Assembly: GCA_963777505.1 (NCBI GenBank)
Contig: CAVZQN010000006.1
Location: forward strand, 384,001-448,000
Source: an uncultured bacterium
Lineage (GTDB): Bacteria > Acidobacteriota > HRBIN11 > JAKEFK01
Length of the DNA: 64,000 nt
Direction: 5' to 3'
The number at the start of each line of letters is the position of its first letter. The stretch's first letter is position 1. Under the pieces are notes generated by a model. The model was not told the origin of the DNA. It saw only the letters and a list, made by a program, of their open reading frames with translations, and did no database searches. A program made the translations under genes and the position numbers. Below are positions 56,763 to 64,000 of this stretch, piece by piece.

Positions 56763-58325
56763 ATGAAGGGATTGCCTTCCGTTTCAATCATTGTTTTTCT
56801 GGTATGTTTTTCGTCTGAAGTTTTTGCCGAATCGATTCAAGGGATGTTCATAAGGATGAACATCGAAATTCAGTCTTCAGAAGTCAGGTTGATTCGTGCA
56901 ACAGTTCATTCGGGTGAAGTGCAAAAGCGAAAACTTTCAATCGAACATCGTAACGATCCACTTTTATTTCGAATCGTATCAAATAAAGGAGGGATACTCT
57001 TTGAAGATACGTTGCAGGACCCCAGAACAATATTTTTTGATGAACCAGATTTAACCGGCCGTTTGCATGGCGGGACAATCCGAAATAGAAATGGCATCGC
57101 CACTGTTACGCTTCCATTCTTCAGCAATTCAGCGAGTATCGATTTTTTTCATCGCGTATTAGAACCTAAGGACGGCAATGCAATCCACTCAAAGCGTTTG
57201 GATAAATTAGGTTCGATCCGGATAGAGGAAATGGCTGCTTCAATGCGAGCAGCAAAAGCCCTTCCTGAAATTGCCCCGGTTAATATACAAAAGACTGGAA
57301 AGCCGGAAAACAGAATTGACATGGTGTTTCTAGCGGAAGGTTATACAGCAGAACAAAGAGCATCGTTTTTAGCAACAGTTCGAAAAGTTGTTGCAAGCTG
57401 GAAAAAATTATTTCCGTGGTCGGAATATTTTCGATTGTTGAACATTTATGCCGTGCCTCTTGTGTCTGAGGAGTCAGGCGCAGATCATCCAGGAACAAAT
57501 AAAAATACGGCTCTCGATGCCGTATATGGATGCTTCGGCGTTCCTCGTTTGCTTTGCATCAGTTACGAAAAGGCTTTTGCAGCGGCTGCGGATTCTGTTC
57601 CACAATTTGATTTCGCAATTGCAGTTGTCAATGATCCTGAATATGGCGGATCAGGCGGTCCCGTTTCTGTTTTCTCAATTAATAATGAGGCGCAGCAAAT
57701 TTTCTTTCATGAAATTGCTCACACATATGCCTCACTTGCCGATGAGTATGATGCTGTAAATCCGAGCCCGCCACCATTTACGGAAGCATTGTATCCAAAT
57801 GTTACGCAAATTAAGGACAGAACCACAATCAAATGGAAGGATTGGATTCTTCCTGAAACACCTGTGCCGACTCCAACTACACTGACCGATGTAATCGGAA
57901 TCTTTCAGGGAGCGTTTTTTCATCCTACAGAGTATGTTCGTCCCAAAGCAGATTGTTTAATGCGGACCCTTGGTGTGGAATTGGATTCGGTGTGTGCAGA
58001 AGCTCACATACTGCAAGCTTTGGAACGGATCGCGTTCATAGATAATCCTACGCCAGCTAACACCGAGATTGTGTTGTCCAGAAATGCAGCGCAACAATTC
58101 AAAGTGAAACCTGCACCTGTGCCTTTAGTGCGGCTACAATTTGAATGGTTTGTGGATGGAGTTCTTCAAAGCAGCACCAGGTCAAATTTCAATTTGGCGA
58201 AAAATCAACTTCCTGCAGGTAACCATCAAGTGGTGGTAAAAATAACTGACAAAACGACTCATATAAAAAGGGATCCTCAAAAACTGCGGACTGACTCTTT
58301 CACCTGGAACCTAACGATCCAATAA
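56763..58325 (+). CDS. Secreted M64 (IgA peptidase-like) metallopeptidase
   Basis: RIDMVFLAEGYT, YGGSG, HEIAHTYASLADEY, C-L-M-R Met turn. Confidence 0.88.
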   Translation: MKGLPSVSIIVFLVCFSSEVFAESIQGMFIRMNIEIQSSEVRLIRATVHSGEVQKRKLSIEHRNDPLLFRIVSNKGGILFEDTLQDPRTIFFDEPDLTGRLHGGTIRNRNGIATVTLPFFSNSASIDFFHRVLEPKDGNAIHSKRLDKLGSIRIEEMAASMRAAKALPEIAPVNIQKTGKPENRIDMVFLAEGYTAEQRASFLATVRKVVASWKKLFPWSEYFRLLNIYAVPLVSEESGADHPGTNKNTALDAVYGCFGVPRLLCISYEKAFAAAADSVPQFDFAIAVVNDPEYGGSGGPVSVFSINNEAQQIFFHEIAHTYASLADEYDAVNPSPPPFTEALYPNVTQIKDRTTIKWKDWILPETPVPTPTTLTDVIGIFQGAFFHPTEYVRPKADCLMRTLGVELDSVCAEAHILQALERIAFIDNPTPANTEIVLSRNAAQQFKVKPAPVPLVRLQFEWFVDGVLQSSTRSNFNLAKNQLPAGNHQVVVKITDKTTHIKRDPQKLRTDSFTWNLTIQ

Positions 58326-58349
58326 ATTATTAAAAAATCATCAAAAATT

Positions 58350-58745
58350 TTAATATTTGGATCCACTCAGCAGACGATCCGCTTTCGCTGTATCAGAGAC
58401 TTTGAGAATCGCAAGCGCATTCTCACCCGTACCGCACGCGTATGCATATTCAATATTGATTTTTTCTCTGGTCAACTTCTTTGTTGCTTTTGCCAAAGCA
58501 CCTGGCTCATGAGCCATTTCAAGAGCGATTACATTCTGTGCTGAAAATGTATATTTCTCTCTTGTGAGTACCTGACGTGCCTTCCCTGGATTATCCACTA
58601 CCAGTCTTAAGATGCCATATTCATTGACATCATGGATGCATAAGGCAAGGATGTTCACTTTTTTTCTAAGCAGAGCTGCGCTGATGTTAAATAAGCTCCC
58701 AACGCGATTTTCCTGAATAATTGAGATTTGTTTTTTCACGGGCAT
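58350..58745 (-). CDS. Tandem ACT domain protein
   Basis: QISIIQENRVGSL, GILRLVVD, PGALAK, INIEYAY. Confidence 0.9.
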   Translation of the reverse strand: MPVKKQISIIQENRVGSLFNISAALLRKKVNILALCIHDVNEYGILRLVVDNPGKARQVLTREKYTFSAQNVIALEMAHEPGALAKATKKLTREKINIEYAYACGTGENALAILKVSDTAKADRLLSGSKY

Positions 58746-58834
58746 AGCAAACTCCTCTAGAGACAGGTGAGTACTCTGCCACATTGTAACATGTGAGGAA
58801 TCTTCAGGAGATTGTATAGGAGAGGGGGATTCAG

Positions 58835-59503
58835 TTATTTAATGCGCTTCATGACGTGATTCACGATTCGATCACATCGTTCGCCGTCGAATTGAAAGAG
58901 CTTTCGTAACCCGGCACCGAGTTTAGCATCAAGCCTTTTCCGAAGAAGGGCTCTTGCCCGAAACATGCGTGTTTTTACTGCTTCTTCTCCAATTTGAAGG
59001 CATTCTGCAGTCTCCTGTGTGCTTAAGCCTTGCAAGTCGCGTAATGCAAATACAGCGCGATACTTTGGTGGTAGAGAATCGATCACGGATTCCAGAATTT
59101 GTCCCAACTGTCGCCGGGTCAATTCTTCTTCCGGATTCGATCTTGATTCAAGAACTAACATTCCTTCCTCCAACTTCGATTCTTCTCCGAATGCAATAAC
59201 TCTCTTTCGTCGTTTCAATCGAGCAAGGCTTTCATGAATTGCAATGCGCGTCAGCCATGTACTGAATTTTGCATTACCGGCAAATTGATGAAGGTAGGTG
59301 AATGCTCTTACGTATGTTTCTTGAATTACATCTTCTGCCTCAGTATCGTTTCTGAGCACAGCGCGTGTCAGTCGAAAAAGCCTTTGATTATATCGGCGCA
59401 TGATTATTTCAAATAAGGCAGTTTCGCCACGACGGACTCGGCTAATGACTTCGTCGTCAGTTAAGGCAAGATTTGAAGCGATTTCTGCCGGTTTAGCGCC
59501 CAT
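58835..59503 (-). CDS. ECF sigma factor with C-terminal RCD extension (ECF29-like)
   Basis: MRRYNQRLFR, AEDVIQE, FSTWLTRIA, VKTRMFRAR, FQFDGERCDRIV. Confidence 0.9.
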   Translation of the reverse strand: MGAKPAEIASNLALTDDEVISRVRRGETALFEIIMRRYNQRLFRLTRAVLRNDTEAEDVIQETYVRAFTYLHQFAGNAKFSTWLTRIAIHESLARLKRRKRVIAFGEESKLEEGMLVLESRSNPEEELTRRQLGQILESVIDSLPPKYRAVFALRDLQGLSTQETAECLQIGEEAVKTRMFRARALLRKRLDAKLGAGLRKLFQFDGERCDRIVNHVMKRIK

Positions 59504-59635
59504 TTTTCAATTTTCGCCCTCTTAATAAAGATAGAGTTTTTAAAAGGACATAGGTTGCAAATTTTCTTCCTAAGGGCGAGGGGCTAAGACTCGCCTGCAT
59601 TGCTTAACACCTGCGGCTGAGTCAGAATAAACCAA

Positions 59636-62050
59636 ATGATTGGCGAAAATGCCGCAAGATTGCCACAACTTTATCGTCTGGCGCACAGCCTTCTGTCCTG
59701 CAAATCCAAACAAGAAGCGCTTCAAACGTCGCTGAATTCCATTTGTAACGCTCTTCAAGCAGACAGCGGTATTTTGTGGGAATTTTCAGCGGATAAGGGA
59801 GTCTTAAAACCCGCAATTACTTTTTTCGAAGGAAAAGCAATAAAACTGCGAAATGTTTCGCCGGGCGCCGATTTTCTCGGAGAAGCCTATCGCGGCGGAA
59901 AGCCTGCAATTCTGAAAAGCGAATCATTGCAGCAGCCGAATAAGCATCTACAGTTCAGCGATGATAAAGAGCTTTCATCGATCCTTGTATTTCCGTTGCG
60001 AGCGAAAGGTGAGCCAGATTATGTCTTCGAATTTGTCTATCACTCGGGAAATAATAGGGCCTTCCCCATAGAAGACATCGATTTTGTCGGCCAGTGTGCT
60101 GATTTATATCTGATGTCGATACGAAGTTGGAAGATGCGTGAAGATCAAACGAATAGTCAGCTACACGCGATCACCAGATTAACTCTTCTTTATGATATCA
60201 GTCAGATTTTTCATTCCACGCTTGAATTGAGTGAGCTCCTCCCGATCATCACTGAAAAGATTCGCGAAATTCATGAAGCCCAAACGTGTACCATTTGGGT
60301 TCCTGATGGAGAGAACCTCACGTATGGATACAGTTCGGGTGGATATTCCGAAATTTTTGAATCAGTGAAAACGCTTGAAGATGATCCAGCGTGTGATGTA
60401 TCGCACACCAGAGAAAGCATTCTGTTTGAAGACGCCTCTCAAGAAGAGCGTTTACGGAAACGATTTTCGAATCCGGAAGAATCTCCTGTTATCACGTATA
60501 TGGTTTCGCCTCTAAAAGTGAAGGATGAATTTCTCGGAGTGATCGAGGTTATGAATCGGATCGAAGGGGACCCTCACTATAACGAAGTGGATCAATTCCT
60601 ATTGAATGATCTTGCTACTCAAGCTGCCGTATCGATTCATAATGCGAATCTTCTTGCTGCTGAGCGGAAAGCACAAGAGCTCGATGCTTTGCTGAAAATA
60701 AGCCATGAAATTACATCAACACTCGATCTCAACAGGGTTCTTCTAACAATCGTAAATCAATCGGCGAATCTAATTCCTTATGATCGAGCCTCGATATCAC
60801 TCGTGGATCGAGGAAAGGTTGATATTGGTGCAGTCTCCGGACGTATTGAAGTCGATAGAAAAAGTCAGGAGATGAAGGATCTGCACAGCATGCTGACCTG
60901 GGCAGCTGGTTTGAATAAAGGTATTTATGTCTCTGAATTCAATAAAAAGATCATTACGGAACGTGAGGAAGATCAGGAAAAGTTTAGAGCATACTTTGAA
61001 AAAACTGGACAAAAATCCTTCGTTGCTATTCCACTGAAGGATGAAGAAGGTGCGTTAGGAATTCTTTGTTTTGAAAGTGCGTCATCTTATTTTCTGGATG
61101 ATCGACACCTGGAAGTCGCAAGCATCCTGGCAAATCAAGCAACCGTAGCAATTCGCAATGCTCAACTTTACCGACAGGTACCCCTTGTTGATCTGATGAA
61201 GCCGTTCTATAAAAAGAAAGCCCAGATCATGAAGATGCCCAGAACCCGAAAAATCGCATGGGCAACCGGGATTGGAGCTGCACTGTTGCTATTGATTCTT
61301 GTGCCATGGAACATGAAAGTTGTTGGGGATGTCACGATTCTTCCTTCGTTAAGAACGCCTGTAGTTTCTGAAGTAGAAGGCATAGTCCAAAAAGTCCACT
61401 TCCGCGAAGGTGATCGTGTGAACTCCGGAAAAGAAATTGCTGATTTGAAGGACTACGATTACCGATTGGCATTGGAAGGCTTTCAATCGCGACGTGATGT
61501 GCTGTTTAAGGAAATCAGCCGAAGTGAAAGCCAGGGCGATTCAAATACTGCCCGTTTAAAAAGGATCGAAATTGAACAAGTCAATCGTGAAATTAATTTT
61601 TCAAACGATCAGTTGGGACGTACAAAACTTCGATCCCCGGTTGATGGAATTATTATGACGCCGCGTATTGAAGAAAAGGCCGGACAACTTATCCGGAAAG
61701 GTGAAGAATTTTGCGAAGTCGCTAATGTGAAGGAAGTGCGAGCTGAAGTCGCAATTGATGAAGGCGATTTATCTTATTTGAAGGCCGGACAAAAAATAGC
61801 ATTAAAAATGAATTCTTATCCAACCGCGAAGTTTTATGGAACGGTAAAACATCTTGGAGCAGAACTTACAGGCAATGAATCGAGGCGCTATTACATTTTA
61901 GAAGCTGAAGTCGAAAATCCTGAAGAGCTTTTGAAATCGGGAATGGTTGGTAAAGCGAAAGTTGAAACCGGGTACCGCAGCATTGGTTATGTCTTATTGA
62001 GACAACCTTTCCGTTTTCTATGGAAAAAACTCTGGGTTTGGATGCCCTGA
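59636..62050 (+). CDS. Multi-GAF domain protein fused to TM and HlyD/membrane-fusion domain
   Basis: Three GAF-like repeats (PL...G...LA.QA..AI.NA.L), TM near residue 540, lipoyl-hairpin-lipoyl (EVEGIVQKVHFREGDRV, SPVDGII) and LKSGMVGKAKV. Confidence 0.85.
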   Translation: MIGENAARLPQLYRLAHSLLSCKSKQEALQTSLNSICNALQADSGILWEFSADKGVLKPAITFFEGKAIKLRNVSPGADFLGEAYRGGKPAILKSESLQQPNKHLQFSDDKELSSILVFPLRAKGEPDYVFEFVYHSGNNRAFPIEDIDFVGQCADLYLMSIRSWKMREDQTNSQLHAITRLTLLYDISQIFHSTLELSELLPIITEKIREIHEAQTCTIWVPDGENLTYGYSSGGYSEIFESVKTLEDDPACDVSHTRESILFEDASQEERLRKRFSNPEESPVITYMVSPLKVKDEFLGVIEVMNRIEGDPHYNEVDQFLLNDLATQAAVSIHNANLLAAERKAQELDALLKISHEITSTLDLNRVLLTIVNQSANLIPYDRASISLVDRGKVDIGAVSGRIEVDRKSQEMKDLHSMLTWAAGLNKGIYVSEFNKKIITEREEDQEKFRAYFEKTGQKSFVAIPLKDEEGALGILCFESASSYFLDDRHLEVASILANQATVAIRNAQLYRQVPLVDLMKPFYKKKAQIMKMPRTRKIAWATGIGAALLLLILVPWNMKVVGDVTILPSLRTPVVSEVEGIVQKVHFREGDRVNSGKEIADLKDYDYRLALEGFQSRRDVLFKEISRSESQGDSNTARLKRIEIEQVNREINFSNDQLGRTKLRSPVDGIIMTPRIEEKAGQLIRKGEEFCEVANVKEVRAEVAIDEGDLSYLKAGQKIALKMNSYPTAKFYGTVKHLGAELTGNESRRYYILEAEVENPEELLKSGMVGKAKVETGYRSIGYVLLRQPFRFLWKKLWVWMP

Positions 62051-62063
62051 GCTCCGTTCGTAA

Positions 62064-62165
62064 GTATAGGGTACGCAGCTCAACCGCATTTATGGGGGCG
62101 AGCAGTACCGTAAAGTTGATTGCTACGGCACTGCCTCGCATTCGCTCGGCTGCGTGCCTTACTAC
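62064..62165. repeat. GTAG-type REP doublet (REPIN-like), copy 2, inverted relative to copy 1
   Basis: Reverse complement of 62124-62165 matches 391-432 at 39 of 42 positions. Confidence 0.85.
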
Positions 62166-62174
62166 AAATTAATT

Positions 62175-64000
62175 ATGACTTATTACGAACATCTTTCAGA
62201 ATCTCCCACAAGAAAACTGGGTTCCACAGCACCTGATGCAATTATGCCCGCGCTTCGTCCTGATGTTGTTGTGCGGCGCCTCGCCCAAAAAGATGAAGTT
62301 TATTACGTAATAAAAGATCCGCTGATTCAAGCGTATTACAAGTTCACTCCCGATGAGTGGGAAATCATAGCGTTCTTTGATGGAACCCGCACCATTGACC
62401 AGATTGTTGAAGAGTACAACAACAAAAACTCGAACGAAGTTATCAATGATGAAACTGTAATCAGTTATCGTCAATCACTCAAAGAAATGGATTTGCTGAC
62501 TCTCCCCGCAATGGAAAAAAGTCTTCAATTCATGGAGCGAATCAAAGAGCAGCGAAAGAACCGCGCCGATACAAGTAAATTCAAAAATCTTTTTGAGATT
62601 ACATTTTCAGCATGGGACCCTGATGAATCGTTTAACAAGGTGATCCCGTATCTGCGATTTCTTTACACAAAACCATTCTTCATTATTTCTTTCACTGCAA
62701 TTTTAATGATGGCGGCAGTAAACATTCTTAAATGGGAAGAATTTAAGCAGGGAACAATCCAACTTTACACATTCACCGATAAATCATTATGGGAAATTCT
62801 TGTGTTCCTGATTCTGATGACTGCGACCGGTACATTGCATGAAATCGGACATGGCATGACTCTTAAAAACTTTGGCGGAGAAGTCAGGCAAATGGGCTTA
62901 CTCCTGTTTTATTTAACTCCTGCATTTTATTGTGATGTCAGTGATTCGTATCTCCTGACAAAGCGGAAAGAACGGCTCTGGGTTACTTTTGCTGGTGTTT
63001 ATAGCGAACTGGTTTTATGTTCCATTGCAACCTTCGTCTGGTTTTTTGCTGTGCCTGGGACACTCATATATGACTTTGCATTTCAAGTAATTTTGTTTAC
63101 AGGAGTTTCATCATTTTTGATCAACATGAATCCGTTGATCAAACTTGACGGTTACTATGCTTTGATGGACACACTTGAGATCCCCGAATTGCGCGAAGAG
63201 TCTTTTGCACACATCACCCGAAGGATCAAAAAATTGTTCGGTCTGAAGGTCGAAGAGTTGGAAGGACTGACTCGAAGAAAAAGACGTATTTACTGGGCTT
63301 ACGGTATAGGCGCGATACTGTACACAGTAACACTGTACGTCCTCATTGTTTTTTGGTTACGAAATGTTTACCTGGAGACATTTCGGGGGTTCGGATATGT
63401 TCTTCTTGCAGGTACTGTTTACTTTCTCTTTCGCAAGGAAATTCGCGGAGGTTATAATTTTCTGCGGTTCGTTTATCTTGATAAAAAAGAAATGTTATTA
63501 AAAAAATTAAAGAACAAATCTACAGCCGTTGTAATTATCGCTTTGCTTTTGCTGGCGACAATTCCAAAAACTCATATGAAGGTCTCCGGGCCATTTGAAG
63601 TACAACCAGTACAACAAAACGAAATACGAGCTGAAGTGGATGGTTTTATCCGCAAAGTGCTGGTTCGTGAAAACGATTCTGTTTCTGCGGGACAAGAACT
63701 GGCTGTGATGGAGAATCCTCAGCTCCTTCAAGATTCATCGCGGCTATTGTCTGAGCTTTCTACAATCGATCGAAACTTAAAAATTGCTGAGATAGATGGA
63801 AATACGAGTGAATATCAGAAGTCATTGCGTTTGAAACGTGAAATGATTGCACAAAATGCCGAGATTCAGCGGAAATTAAGCCATCTTTCGCTGCGATCTC
63901 CGATCCCTGCTCAAGTAGCGACTTCACGTGTGGAAGAAAAATATGGCGAATTCTTAAAGCGTGGTGATGTCTTTTGTAAAATGATTGCAGTGGATCGAGT
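62175..64000 (+). CDS. PqqD/RRE-like domain, M50 site-2 protease and HlyD-type domain fusion (runs off the window)
   Basis: Manual translation from ATG 62175: YYVIKDP...FDGTRTIDQI, HEIGH, PAFYCDVSD, NPLIKLDGYY, then RAEVDGFIRKVLVRENDSV..GQEL. Confidence 0.88.
   Translation, partial: MTYYEHLSESPTRKLGSTAPDAIMPALRPDVVVRRLAQKDEVYYVIKDPLIQAYYKFTPDEWEIIAFFDGTRTIDQIVEEYNNKNSNEVINDETVISYRQSLKEMDLLTLPAMEKSLQFMERIKEQRKNRADTSKFKNLFEITFSAWDPDESFNKVIPYLRFLYTKPFFIISFTAILMMAAVNILKWEEFKQGTIQLYTFTDKSLWEILVFLILMTATGTLHEIGHGMTLKNFGGEVRQMGLLLFYLTPAFYCDVSDSYLLTKRKERLWVTFAGVYSELVLCSIATFVWFFAVPGTLIYDFAFQVILFTGVSSFLINMNPLIKLDGYYALMDTLEIPELREESFAHITRRIKKLFGLKVEELEGLTRRKRRIYWAYGIGAILYTVTLYVLIVFWLRNVYLETFRGFGYVLLAGTVYFLFRKEIRGGYNFLRFVYLDKKEMLLKKLKNKSTAVVIIALLLLATIPKTHMKVSGPFEVQPVQQNEIRAEVDGFIRKVLVRENDSVSAGQELAVMENPQLLQDSSRLLSELSTIDRNLKIAEIDGNTSEYQKSLRLKREMIAQNAEIQRKLSHLSLRSPIPAQVATSRVEEKYGEFLKRGDVFCKMIAVDR

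Overview
Gene-dense bacterial chromosomal window of moderate GC. Gene content (BNR/Asp-box propeller hydrolases, Ser/Thr kinases with TolB-like or TPR repeats, several ECF sigma factors, BON/CsbD/DUF1328/Ku genes) resembles Acidobacteriota-like soil or sediment genomes; this taxonomy is an inference. It holds about 55 CDSs and five tRNA genes (Pro-TGG, His-GTG, Arg-TCT, Arg-TCG, Arg-CCG). I found no rRNA, CRISPR array, prophage or transposase. Five genes are split by seven frameshifts that are all +1, which points to assembly insertion errors. Highlights: (1) a GAF-repeat/HlyD fusion followed by a PqqD-like/M50 protease/HlyD fusion, a poorly characterised export or processing machine cut by the window end; (2) a candidate sigma54 regulon in which an aspartate-less enhancer-binding protein gene and a distant secreted-protein gene share a -24/-12 promoter and paired TGTCnCA-N4-TGnGACA sites 79 bp apart; (3) a stand-alone MurL-like PP-loop enzyme coupled to a propeller hydrolase; (4) a tail-to-tail pair of paralogous clan GH-A-like hydrolases; (5) several REP/REPIN-like and heptamer-built palindrome families; (6) a small unannotated unit between csbD and an ECF/anti-sigma pair. 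All family calls come from motif recognition by eye, not database searches.
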